64,000 bases of DNA from Lama guanicoe (Eukaryota): the NCBI GenBank assembly GCA_013239625.1, contig MU053216.1:2384943-2448942 (forward strand), read 5' to 3'. The notes under the pieces are model-generated. The model made no database searches. It had not been told where the DNA came from and saw only the letters and a program-made list of their open reading frames with translations. Position numbers and translations under genes: made by a program. Shown here in pieces: positions 52,901 to 64,000 of this stretch (its first letter is position 1; every line of letters starts with the position of its first letter).

Positions 52901-53880
52901 GGTAAAATCTACATGGTAGCCTGATGCTCTACTCATGGAGAGTTATGTTTAAATCAGCATTTATCTGCTTCCAACTCTCTCACCTCTGGTCTGTGAGGTT
53001 TAAATGAGCATGAAAAGACCTTTGCCTTGACATAGGTAGTATCTTACTGAACCAAGAAATGCCAGGAAGTAAAAAATATAGAATGGCAAGGAATACAAAT
53101 TTAGGTAGAGTAGATAAAATTAAGACAGGTAATATTGGCGTTGAGGGTATAAATAGATGATAGAAAACAGACACATTAATAAAACAAAATATAAAAATGA
53201 ATAGAAAATTGCATGCCTTATGAAGGTATACTGGCGGAAATCTTTTACAAGATAATTTTATAAAAGTCTTATTTTTGTTTACTTTTTTATATCACTTTAC
53301 AAGAGATCATCATTTCCTTGTTAAATACTGACTGATAGAAAGCCTATGTGAAAATTCTTACTCTATGAATCCCCACCCCAATTTCCATGGAAAATTAAAT
53401 TAATTTTCCTTTCAGATTCTTTTACTTTCTGGTCTGCCTCTTATATAATGTAACATTGGCTTCTTCTAGATTGCCTGACTTTTTATATAAAAACAGCTTC
53501 CCACTGACCAAAATTCTCCCAGAGGTTAAAAAAAAAAAAAAAACCCAAGAGTCAGCTGAAGTGAGTTTTTCCTCGCATTCTTCCCCAGGTGGAGTAACTG
53601 AATTGCTGTGCTGTGTGGCTTCAAGGCAGCGGCATTCCAGGATAGCAGATGTTGCCATGGTGCTCAGAGTCACATCCACAGGCATCCTTTTCACCATATC
53701 TTCATCTCTGGTCTTAGCTATGCCACACTCATTACTGATTCACTCCTGGTCGTACACAAACATCTGCATGTTCTGTTTTTACCTCCCCCACCCCTTCAGA
53801 ATGCCCATCATTCTCCATCTTCAGTTATTAATGTAACTCATTATAGGCTCCTCCAGCTGTCCTCAGAATGTATGCTGAAT
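49960..53880 (-). pseudogene. Several kb of coding-like minus-strand sequence (large exon(s)), heavily disrupted
   Basis: K/E/S-rich ORF pieces (50033-50401, 50232-50510, 50642-51031, 53422-53697). Segment 51181-51010 reads KILENNLESNIICNEIRDTCSIKIQNVK*MEEKGHQTY*…; a 74-nt GT-AG intron-like gap lies at 51009-50936. Confidence 0.45.
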
Positions 53881-55679
53881 AAGACACGAGGAGGAAAGCC
53901 TTAAAAAAAAAAATAGCTGTCCAGTCCAGGCAAGTCATTAGATGAATTTAAGTTAGAAGGCAGAAGACAATTTCCCACGCTGTGTAGGTAGCTTTGTTCC
54001 TTAGCCACGTGCTCCACAAAGTGGATCGAGGATACTTATTCCACTGCTATTATCAGTGACCACCTACAATCAGCTTCAGAAATGCTTCCACATTCAGAAT
54101 GTCTTTCCTAATGACAAAATTAACTAAAGGGGATTTTTTTCCCTAGATTTTTTTTCCCTATTGCCTTAGAGTCTATATTTTATATTTCTTCTCTAAGGAC
54201 TTTGATCTATTGTAAAAATGTCTAGTCCTTTTATTAAATTCAATCATTCTCCTCCAATTGTTTATATGTATAGACATATAATTGGCATGTGGATATATAC
54301 ATAACAGCATTAGTGAGAAGGACTTGTAATTTTGGGTGATGACTTGCTTTACAATATCTCACAGATACGTGCCTGACACAGAGATACTGAGAACCGGAAC
54401 ATTGGGACTACTCACTGCACCCTTCACTGTACAGTGGTTATTACTCTGATGCACGACTGAACCATCAGTGCGACTGTACAAGGGTCATTTCACTGGATGT
54501 TTGAGGACAGCGGTATCTAGCCCCATCCCTTTCCTCACCCCGCGGTCAGTTCAGAAATTTCCACATGGGATCTCCCTTCATTTTCCTCTCCAGTTTGCCT
54601 TTCTATTCCCCTTTGTTTCTCTTCCCTCTATGCCTGCCACCCAATCATTTAGTCTTCATTTATTCTTTTATTAACCTTCACTTGCTCATTCAATGAAAGC
54701 CAGAGACTTTGCAAGAAATACAAAGGTAGTACCAGCCAAGGGTTTTATGTGTTTTCACCTACAAGTTCTAGTGGGAAGATGTTCATTAATTTGAGTTGGT
54801 GTCAGTAACTGACTCCTCAGTATACACCAAGCACTTAGGATTAGGATTGGAGAGGGGGTTACAGAAGAGCACGAAGGTGTGGGGTGGCTGGGCTGGGAAA
54901 GGCACTCCCAAAGTGGCAACAAAAAGTGACGCTCAAGGCACTGGGCATAAAGGGCATCAAGTCGCTGTTTTGTCCATAACTGGCCCCAAATCAGAAAACC
55001 TCCATGGCCTGACATTATTGTAGCCGTTTTTCATTTCATCGTTTTAAAAACATTTAATACATACATATATTTTAAATTGAAGTTTCCTGGAAGGAATGAA
55101 TATATGTTTATATATAATTTTTTTCTTCATTCTCTCCAGGAAACTTAAGTTATCTGAGTTTTGGACACAAATCTTTAGATTTCTAGGCAAACACTTTTCA
55201 CTCCCTATCACTATCTCATTCTATTTCTTACTATGACTCTGCATTGTCTCCAAATAAAAATAAAAACGCCTAGCTTAACATCTAGGAAACAGCAAATCTG
55301 TCTCTTTGGCTTAAACTGAAAAAGCGGTGCTCTGCAGAGCCCACTCCGGCGGCGGACTGGAGAGCAGGGGACCGGGAAGCTACCGCAATGCCGCTTCCTG
55401 AACTCAGACACCACCTCCTCTCCTCCTCCGCGGCACCCCTCGCCACACGCGAACAGTTTCCTCCCGTCCCCTTCAGCAAGCAGCGATACGCATATATGAC
55501 TCCATACTTCGTGTTGATGTTTTTCATTTGTTTACCTATTTATTTACAGTGGCCCCTGACCCACGTAAACGCTGTAGAGTATTACTTTTAGGTTATGACT
55601 GTGGTCTTTGAATTTCTGAAACGAAACGAATCTGGGCGAGATTGTGAGGGAAGGATTGACAGAGCTGGACACCTGCTTA

Positions 55680-56650
55680 TACGAAGGCGCGGTGGACGGC
55701 GGGAGGGGAGGCACAGGTAACTTTTGTGCCCAAAGTCCTGGGAGAAGGGCCGTACCAGGAGAAGGGGGACACGGGCGTTCGCTGGTAAGATCTCAACACT
55801 GAGCGGGACACGAAGTCAGCTCTTAGCAGGCGAGGGCTGACGGGCTGCTGTCGGGAGGCAGAACTCGGAGCTGACAAGTGCAGGTGCGCCTCCCGGGCTG
55901 AGAGCCGGAGTCCCGCGCACGCGCCGCACACCTGGGCCCAGGCCGAGGCCCGCAGCCTGGACCCCCGCCCGCCGCGCCCCGCGCGCCCACCTACCTCTCC
56001 CGCCGCGCAGGCCTCCTCCTCCCCGGGGTGCCGTCTGTCCGCGCAGGTCTCATCACCCGCAGGGCCTCCTCCCAGTTTGGGGGCCGCCCCTCCAGGACCA
56101 CCGCGTCGGACGCCTGTGTAGGACCCTGGGGCTGCAGGCAGCGGGCTGTGGGAAACGCCCCGGGCCTGACCTGGGCCCTGAGAGGCGTCGGAAGGCGAAA
56201 CTTGGCCTGGAAGCCAGGGCCTCCCTCAGGAAGCAACCAGAGCAGAGAGAAAGCTGCTTCCTTGGGGCCCCACTCCTCCCACGGCCTCCCCCAGCTGCCC
56301 CACAGCCCACTCCGCCTCGCACCTTGGGTGAACGCCGGCCCCTGCCCTGGAAGCCCTCGGCTTGTTGGCCCCCTGAGGGGCAGGGAGACCAGGCCGGGGC
56401 AGGAGATGCGAGGTAGGTGCCCTGTGTCGCCCGCGCAGCAGCCCCTCCTCCTCCACCTCGGCTGCTCCTCTGTCCCCGCCCCACCCTGCCACCACCAAGG
56501 GACCACAAGGAAGGGGAGGGAGGGACCAGGACGAACCAGGGGCGCAGAGGTACCCTGGAGGAAGTGGTGGAGGGCGAGGGCCAGGGGCTGCGGGAGAGGC
56601 CTGCGTCGTGGAGCCGAGGCCCAGCAAGGCAAGGACTTTGGAGGCTTGAA
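55680..56650. promoter_or_regulatory. CpG island, probable promoter and first exon
   Basis: Very GC-rich with dense CpG and GC-box-like motifs (cccgcccgcc, ccccgccccc). Minus-strand donor GAG|GTAGGT at 55994. Confidence 0.75.
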
Positions 56651-57214
56651 GCCAGAGGACAAGCAGTGGCTAGCTGGGCGGGGCTTTGGGTTGCAGAGGG
56701 GCTGGTCTTCAGATCCGGCTCACCTGTTCCTGGGGCTGCTGTGGGAGGAGCCCCTCTCACTCCCCTGCCTGTGTGTCGTTCCAGATCCCGCCCCACCTCC
56801 TCTCTTCTCCTTCTTCCCCTCCCCTCCCCCACTCTGGTTTTATCCTTGTCTCCTCTCCTGCCCCTCGTTTCTGAATTTGGCTCCTCCTTCCTTTCTAGAG
56901 CCCAGCATCATGGAAGGTTTAGGTCCTAGTCAACATCAACACCCCTCAAGAGCTGAGGAACTGAGGCCACCAGGGAATTCGAGGGTCAGGGCAGAGCTCG
57001 GAAGCCTGGTCTCTTGAGTTTCCAATCAGTGGTGTCTTGCATATTGTTCTTGGTGGGGATCAGAGAGCCAAGAAATGAGCCGGTGTCAGCACTGGACGCT
57101 TGCTGCCTACTGCTCCCAGTTCAGCTTTGTCCCGTGAAAACATGTGGCTGATCCTCATCTGTACCGGTCTCCCTTAGGAGTCAAGGACCTGAGCAAGAGC
57201 CCTCAGCTCTTTCC

Positions 57215-57960
57215 CTGTAGCCATTCCATTGTCAAGTTCTGTTGATGCTCCATCAAAGTATATTCTGAGTAGTTTCACTGTCTTCCATCTCCTGTTCTCT
57301 TGCGCATTATTTCTCGTTTAGACTTTTGCAGGAGATTCTGCTCCGGTTTTCTTACTTTCGCTCTTTATGTTTTTATAATCTGTTCTCCACTGGGTTGAAT
57401 CATATTTTCAAAATATAAACCAGTTCATGGCATGAAGCCTTTCAACAGCTTCCATCTCATTCAGAAAACCTGCTTCTCACTACCCAGCCGCCTTCCTTGT
57501 CCCCACCTTCCTCTCTCACATCGTAAACTCTGTCCGGAACTCCCGTGGCCGCCCTGCTTTGTTTCTGTTTTCTGAATGTGGATATATAATCCTGAATGAC
57601 TTTGAGAACTTCGGGCTCATTCCCACTGCAGGGCTTTGGCGTTTATCCATTTCCCCTGCTTGAAATGTTCTTCCTCCTCATTTTGGCATGACTGGCTTTT
57701 TCTTGTCATCCAGGAATCAGATTTAAGGTGACCTTCCCAGAGACACCTTTTCTAGCCAGGTAGTCTATATTAGCCACTCAGGCACGCTGTGGCGTGTCAC
57801 TATATTTTAACTTTCTGCATAGTCCTTTTAAGCACTGTGGATTTAAGCACTAACGTAAGATTCATGAAAATAGGCACTAGTACTGGTCTTCTTAATGTGC
57901 TGATGTACCCCGGGTCTTAGAACTATGCAGAGTTGTAAATAGTCATTGAATTCTTGAGTG
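57215..57960 (+). mobile_element. L2 LINE 3' fragment
   Basis: ccattccattgtcaagttctgttgatgctcc…ctgcagggctttggc…taagattcatgaaaataggcac…aaatagtcattgaa. Confidence 0.75.
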
Positions 57961-58474
57961 GAAATATCCAAGGGCATGAGGTTTGTGTGTGAAAGCAGAA
58001 CAATAGTTTATTCCTTTAAAATGAGAATGAACGTGAGCAACAAGAGCAGAGTATTTGAAACAACACAGTCGGTGTTTTCCTCCCCACTGTGGGGGCTTGG
58101 GAGTCGGATTGGAGTCAGAATGCTAGTTTGTTGTTCTGAAATGAGAAGTCATCACAGGGAACGCGACACTCCTGACAGGTAGGTTTCTACTAGTGGCTCT
58201 CACTGAGAAACTAAATGAAAATCAGAAGGCTCCTTCATGAGCATGGAATTAAGATAAAGAGAATTAGAGGAATCAGATACGTATTGCTGTCAAGATAAGA
58301 TGTAATGTTTTTATGGTAGAAGTGCTCTTGCCTGTCTCAACAAAGTGCTTGTTGAGGATCCATTCCGTTTATATTTTGTGATACTTTGCCAAATTGCATT
58401 TCATGTATCCAGCCTACATCCTTGCTAATACTGGGTTCTTTGATAAATGAATAGGCATAATATATATGCTTTAT

Positions 58475-58832
58475 CTTTACTTTTTATTGAAGTATAGTCA
58501 TTTACAGTGTGTCAATTTCTGGTGCACAGCATAATGTTCCAGTCATGAATATATATATATATTTTTTTCATTTTCATTAAAAGTTATTACAAGGTATTGA
58601 ATATAGTTCCCTGTGCTATACAGAAGAAATTTGTTTTTTATCTGTTTTTATATAGAGTGGTTAACATTTGTAAATCTCAAACTCCCAAATTTATCCCTTC
58701 CCTCCCACTTTCCCCCAGTAACCATAAGACTGTTTACTATGTCTGCGAGTCTGTTTCTGTTTTGTAGATGAGTTCATTAGTGTCCTCTTTTTCCTGTTTC
58801 TTTTTTTTTAGATTCCACATGTGAATGATATC
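58475..58832 (-). mobile_element. LINE-1 3' UTR with 13-bp TSD, nested in an older L1
   Basis: ttttattgaagtatagtca…tagattccacatgtgaatgatatc. TSD atatatgctttat at 58462-58474 and 58833-58845. Confidence 0.9.
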
Positions 58833-59651
58833 ATATATGCTTTATTTTACAATTCCCTGTGCTTTGAATAGTTAGTTTGAACAGCTCTTCTCCTATTGAT
58901 ATTCAGATGTTAATTCAGCCACTTTGCTCACTTTTTAATCCGACTGTCCTTTTAATCTGTGGAAGCTCCGTGGCTATTCTGGACGTGAATTCCGTGTTAG
59001 ATACAGAAATTGCTGTGGTTTTTCTTCTCACTTTCTTAATGGTGATTTTTTTTTAAATTTACCAGAAGTTCTTGATTTTTATAAAGTATGATATATCCAT
59101 TTATTCTTTTATAATTCTGTTTATGTCCTATTTAAGAAATAATGACCTAACCACAAGTTCCTGAGGGTACTTTCCTATTTTTCCCATGTTCTTTATTTTA
59201 CTTTCATGATCTACCTTGTAGTAAATGTCGTGGGGCCCCTGCCTGGCTCCTGCTTTCTCAGGTGGCTGCACCCATTCATCTCCAGCCGCTGTGAGTGGCC
59301 GTTGATAAGGGCTCACAGACTGGGTGGGATGTTAGACCTGTCCCTGGGACCGTGGCGGTGGCTAGTACCGGGCTGATGCAGGTGTGTGAGGTGCCAGTCT
59401 TCACTCAGGGAAGGAGATCGGTGGGTACAGCTCATGTGGGGAGACCCAAGCTGTGGATCAAGCCAGGACCTTAGTGTTCAGCTTCTTGCTCTCCTTCATT
59501 TGGCTTAGTCTCTCTCATACACTTTTTTTTTCTCCTAAAGAACATGCCACCAGTGCATCTCAGATGCTGGGTCCCTGTGTTAGTCCCTGCTCCCAGAGCC
59601 CTCACCTGCGACCCATGTCAGGTCATATTTATGCACAGTGTGAGGCTGGCG

Positions 59652-59993
59652 TGCTGTGGACTGGATGTCTGTGTGCTCTGCTGAATTCATATGTTGGAAT
59701 CCTAACTCCAAGAGAGATAATATTTGGAGAGGTGGTTGGGGCACGAGGGTGGAGCCCTTAAGAGTAGGACTAGTGACCTATGAAAGAGGCCCCACCTTGC
59801 TCTCTTACCTGCTTTCCAGCACGTAAAGGTTCACAGAGAAGTCGGCAGCCTGCCTCCAGGAAGCTACCCCTCACCAGAGCCTGACCCCGCTGGCACCCTG
59901 ATCGTGAGCTCCCGACCCCCAGAGCTGTGAGTAACACATCTGTGTGGTGTGTGAGCTGTCCAGGCTGTCTCAGCAGCTCAGTCTGACTAAGAC
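59652..59993. mobile_element. MaLR (MLT1A-like) solo LTR
   Basis: tgctgtggactggatgtctgtgtg…aattcatatgttggaatcctaac…gcagctcagtctgactaagaca. Confidence 0.85.
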
Positions 59994-60325
59994 AAGGAGC
60001 CAGGTTTTTTCTTTCTTTGTTTCTGTATGGAGATCCACTCATCCGAGCATCGTTGAGTTGAAAGATTATTTTTTCCCCACTGAATGGTCATGGAACTTTT
60101 GTCACAAACCGTAAGCCGTTTTGGGTTCTGTTTTACCCCAGAGGTTTCTCTGTTTCTATGCATATTCTGCCTAAATGCCCGTTGCTTTACAGTAAGTCTT
60201 GATATCGGTGCAAGTCCTCCAAGGTCATTCCTCTTCTTCAGAATTGACTTGGCTTTTCCAGGCATGTTTGTGTAATTTTAGAATCAGTTTATTAATTTCT
60301 AAAAATAAAAAATCCTGTTGAGGTT

Positions 60326-60767
60326 TGTAGTGGGTTGAGTGGTAACCTCAAAAATATGTCCACATCCAAACCTTGGAGCCTGTAAATGCTAACTTACTTG
60401 GAGAGAGGACCTTTGCAGCTGTGATTAAGGTCTTGAGATGCAGAGGTCATGCCAGGTTATGCCCGCAGGCCCTGAGTCCAGTCATAAATGTGCTTCCCAG
60501 AGGGAGGTGGGGGAGACTGGAGGTACAGACAGGGCTGTGTGAAGACAGAGGCAGGGACTGGAGGCATGTGACCACCAGCCAAAGACATGCAGGAAATGCA
60601 GGCGGCCACCAGCAGCTGGAAGGGGAGAGATTTCCCCCTGAGCCTCTGGAAGGAGGCTGGCCTCACGACGGCCTGGTTTCAGCCTTCTGACCTGTGAAAA
60701 TCTGTTCTGTTGTTTCTGGCCACCCAGGTTTGGGTGCTTCGTTACAGCAGCCACAGAAACAAATACA
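60326..60767. mobile_element. MaLR (MLT1C/D-like) solo LTR
   Basis: tgtagtgggttgagtggtaacctcaaaaatatgtccac…ttcgttacagcagccacagaaacaaataca. Confidence 0.88.
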
Positions 60768-60935
60768 GGATTTTAACTGAGATTACTTTTTTTTTCTATA
60801 GGAAAACTCGACATTTCAGCAATATTAAGTTTTCCGATTGATGAGCATAGTATATCCGTGTGTTTAGGTATTCTTACATTTATCTCAGAAATGTTTTATA
60901 GCTTTTAGTCAAGAAGTATTTGTGTATATTTGTGT

Positions 60936-61260
60936 ATTTTTTGTTAAAGTATAGTTGGTTTACAATACTGTATTGGCTTCTGGTGCACAGCAGTGTGGTT
61001 CAGTCGTACACACACGTATATATTCTTCTCCATCATAGATTGTGAAAAGGTACTGAACACCTGCATTACACAGTAGGACCTTGCTGTTTGTCTGTTTTAT
61101 ATGTAGTAGGGCTATCTGCCACTCTTGGACTCCCAGTTTACCCCCCCACTCTTCCCCCCGGGGAACCACAGTTTGTTTTCTGTCTCTGGAAGTCGGCTTC
61201 TGTTTTGTAAATAGTTTCATTTGTGTCCTTCTTTGAGACTCGATCCCACCTATGAGTGGA
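60936..61260 (-). mobile_element. LINE-1 3' UTR fragment
   Basis: ttttgttaaagtatagttggtttacaatactg…tctgttttgtaaatagtttcatttgtgtc. Confidence 0.85.
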
Positions 61261-63379
61261 GTGACTGCATCTGCCTGTTTGTGGTTTTACTGGTCTTATC
61301 TTTCCCTTGCCTTCCTCCGACTGCCTCTGATGTCTGTTCTCTCGTTTTTTGAAATGGCCTCTTAGTGCCTGATTTTCAGTCCTCTCTTTCTATATTTGCA
61401 TGTGTGCCTGTAAAGCCTCTTCTGAGCCCTGTTTAAGCTGCATCCTGCACATTTTGATCTGCAAGTTTTTGTTGTCATTCAGGTTAAGTATATTCCAGTT
61501 TTTATTCCATCTCTTCTTTACTCACTGTTGTTTACAAACGTGTGCCCTAATTTCAGTCATCTGGGGGTTTCCTAGTGATAGTTCTGTTTGGTTTTAATTG
61601 TGTTGATTTCTGATTTAATTTCTGTTGTCAGACATACTTTACACACTTCCAGTATTTTAAAATGTGTTCGTACTTGTGTTCTAGCACTAATTTGATTATT
61701 TTGAGTGTTCCGTGGCATGCCATAAAATATCTACTCTTCAACTCTTGTGTATGGGGTTCAATAAATATCAAGAAAATCCACTTGGCTAATAATGTTTAAG
61801 TATCCTATAGTCTTAATGGCTTTTTGATCTTGTTTTATCTCTTCTTATTAGTTTTTTAAATTACATTTTGATTTTCTTGGTTTAAAATATGTACCCCTGA
61901 CTTACTATAATCTCCTTTAAATTACAGATTTTCCCACTTTTTGAATGATGCAGAAAGTGAAAAGCATTTAACTTGATTTATTATACTCTCCCCCCCCAGG
62001 CTCACTCTTTGGTATTGTTGACAAATATTTTATTTCTTCTTACGTTATAAGCTCACAAGGCACAATTATCACTCTTGGTTTAAAAGTCACGTTATTTATT
62101 TTTCTCCACGAGTCGACCTTCCCTGGTGCTTCTCTTTTCTTCTGGAACTTTCTTCTTCCATTTATTATCATTTCCTTTCAGCCTAAAGGAACTCCGTGAG
62201 TAATACTTGTGCAGGCCAAGTGGCACACGTTTTTAGCTCCTTTTTTTGGGGGGTGGTATCTGAAAATGTCTGTATTGCCCAACTTTTTGGAGGATGTGTA
62301 CCGAGGTATCAGGATTGTAAAGTGGCAGGTTTTCACCTTTCGGGCACCGAGCAGGTGTGACTCCATTGTCTCTCTTCTAGGTTTTACCGTTGTGCTTCAG
62401 ATGTTAGCCTTCGGATTTAACGTCACATGTTAAAAAGTAATGTGTCATTTGTCCCCGTCTGCTCTTAAGATTTTGTCTTTGGTTTCAGTTTTCAGCACTT
62501 GGATGCTGACCCGCCTCAGTGTTTTATTTTTCCCAGTTTTCATTCTTGGGGTTTTCTGAGCTTCTCGAATCCGTGGGTCAGTGTGTCCTCATGACTTTAG
62601 GAAAATTCTTAGCCATTTTCTCTTCAAACACTACTTTTGTCCCATTCTCATCTTCCTCTGTTCTCTTGCCTCACTCTGGGTGTTCTCTGTATATCTGTGT
62701 TCTCACGTCTTTTGAGTTCTTCTTCAAGGAAAGACATTGTTTCAATCATAGAGGCTTTGGATTGTATTTCCTCCCCACAAAACGTTCTCCATGTTTTGTG
62801 CTACACGTTAGTCATTAAGCTGCATTGGTTCTGAGTTGCAGTTTTAGTAAGAATTAGTCAGTTTACAGTTTGTTTCTGTTTCTGAGATGAAGCCCCCTTG
62901 GACTATGGGTTTAGGGCCGCCCGGTCTCTGTCTTCAGCTGTGAAAGACCGGGGGGCGTTTCATCATGCTGCACAGAGGCGTGCCCGTAACACTTTCCCAC
63001 CTCTGATCGCAGGTTCCTTGTGTGTGTTTACTACAGAGTATTGTGAGGAAGTAAATGATAATTAAATCAACTGATATAAATTAATTAAATTAATTTCTTA
63101 ATGAGAATTAATGTAAATTAAATCAGAGATATTTAGCACATTTGACATACAGTAAATTCTCTAAAAATGTGGAAGAAATGTGGATTTATGTTACAGTTGA
63201 CTGTAGAAATGATTCTTTCAATCTTGTCTGATTTCGGTGAGTATCCTTCCCGAGGGGGTGAGTGAGCTACGGTTTGCTTGCATCTGTGAGCACGTACAGA
63301 CGTACCTTTGCTGACTGCACGGGTGACCGTGCAGAGGCCGACACAGGGGAAGTCAGTGTCCGGCCCATCCTCAGCCTGG

Positions 63380-63900
63380 CCGACCGTGTGTTCCCAGGCT
63401 GACTGCAGCGGTGTGTCCTGTCCCATACGCTTTCCCTCCGGTGTGACTTCGGCTCTCCTCCCAGTGGGGAGACCTTTGTGACTTGTTTTAACTGGTAAGT
63501 TATGGCAGGAGTAACGCCCTGTGCGTTCTGAGGCTTGATCACAGCGGGTTATTGAACCTGTGTTTTGTTTACTAGAGGGCTCCCCGTTCAGCCCCCAGGC
63601 ACGTGTAGATAGTCTGACTGTCCCCCTGTTACCATGCTGAGACAGTCGGACCTGTTTAAACCTGAGGAGATCACTTGAGTTCCTCCAGCCCCCCCGTCAG
63701 CTCTCCCTGGCCCCCACCCGCCTGAGCTAGTTCCAGCTGCTGGCTGACGAACCCCAGGAGAGGCCCCGAGCCAAAACACACTTTCAAGTCCTTCCCAAGT
63801 TCCGATCCACAGACACTGTGAGACACAGTAAGAGGAGCGTGGGTGTTCTAAGCCCGGGGCGCTGGGGGACGGGTCACGCAGCGATAGACGACCGGGACGG
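63380..63900. mobile_element. Older MaLR-like LTR
   Basis: gacctttgtgacttgttttaactggtaagttatggcaggagtaacg…ccacagacactgtgagacacag…tctaagcc…cgcagcgatagac. Confidence 0.65.
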
Positions 63901-64000
63901 AGTTTCCTGAGCTGCTGTCATGCCCTCTCCATCCTCCAGGACTGGCTCTCCCCACCTGACAGAGGGCTGGTTCATGGTGCTCCACGCTGTCTCGACCTCT

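Larger units (their letters stand above)
3233..55995 (-). pseudogene. Putative large multi-exon pseudogene with ankyrin-repeat-like remnants; identity not recognised
   Basis: Co-oriented minus-strand splice-bounded coding-like segments below a CpG island: donor 55994; 51181-51010; acceptor 50935; donor after 45893; 40112-39975; acceptor 27294; 18586-18371; acceptor 15300; 8043-7895; 6750-6528; 4978-4835. Most carry stops or frameshifts. Confidence 0.55.
58846..62850 (-). mobile_element. Very old, fragmented LINE-1 (L1M-type) interrupted by LTRs and a younger L1
   Basis: Minus ORF 59987-60265 (PGKAKSILKKRNDLGGL…DKSSMTIQWGKNNL) is ORF2-like; T-rich old-L1 text continues to ~62.8 kb. Confidence 0.65.

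Noticed and set aside
3233..55995. Naming the relic as ANKRD31, RBM44, TEX14, TEX15, BARD1 or BCOR
   Set aside because: The translated segments did not match these proteins as I recall them beyond generic ankyrin similarity, so no symbol is assigned.
56028..57017. 329-aa plus ORF and overlapping 223/259-aa minus ORFs
   Set aside because: They lie in the CpG island where stop codons are scarce. The peptides are low-complexity P/G/R/A, open on both strands, with no recognisable domain.
1..64000. CRISPR arrays, operons or prokaryotic defence systems
   Set aside because: The sequence is mammalian, with no regularly spaced repeat-spacer array and no dense intronless genes.

Overview
Mammalian genomic DNA, most likely a camelid (alpaca/llama/camel). 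The short tRNA-derived SINEs resemble camelid Vic-1 and the L1 3' UTRs are of artiodactyl type. Much of the window is interspersed repeat: L1s of several ages with readable target-site duplications (TSDs), L2, MIR, MaLR/MLT1-type LTRs and microsatellites. I see no intact protein-coding gene. The main non-repeat structure is a CpG island at ~55.7-56.65 kb. Below it, on the minus strand, a chain of exon-like segments with splice signals runs from ~56 kb to ~3 kb. All but one of those I translated carry stops or frameshifts, and several have retroelements inside or next to them. Two or three read like decayed ankyrin repeats. My best interpretation is a large multi-exon (possibly unitary) pseudogene of an ankyrin-repeat gene that I cannot name. 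This is inference from reading by eye, not from alignment. Repeat family names are also by eye, and boundaries are approximate unless a TSD is quoted.
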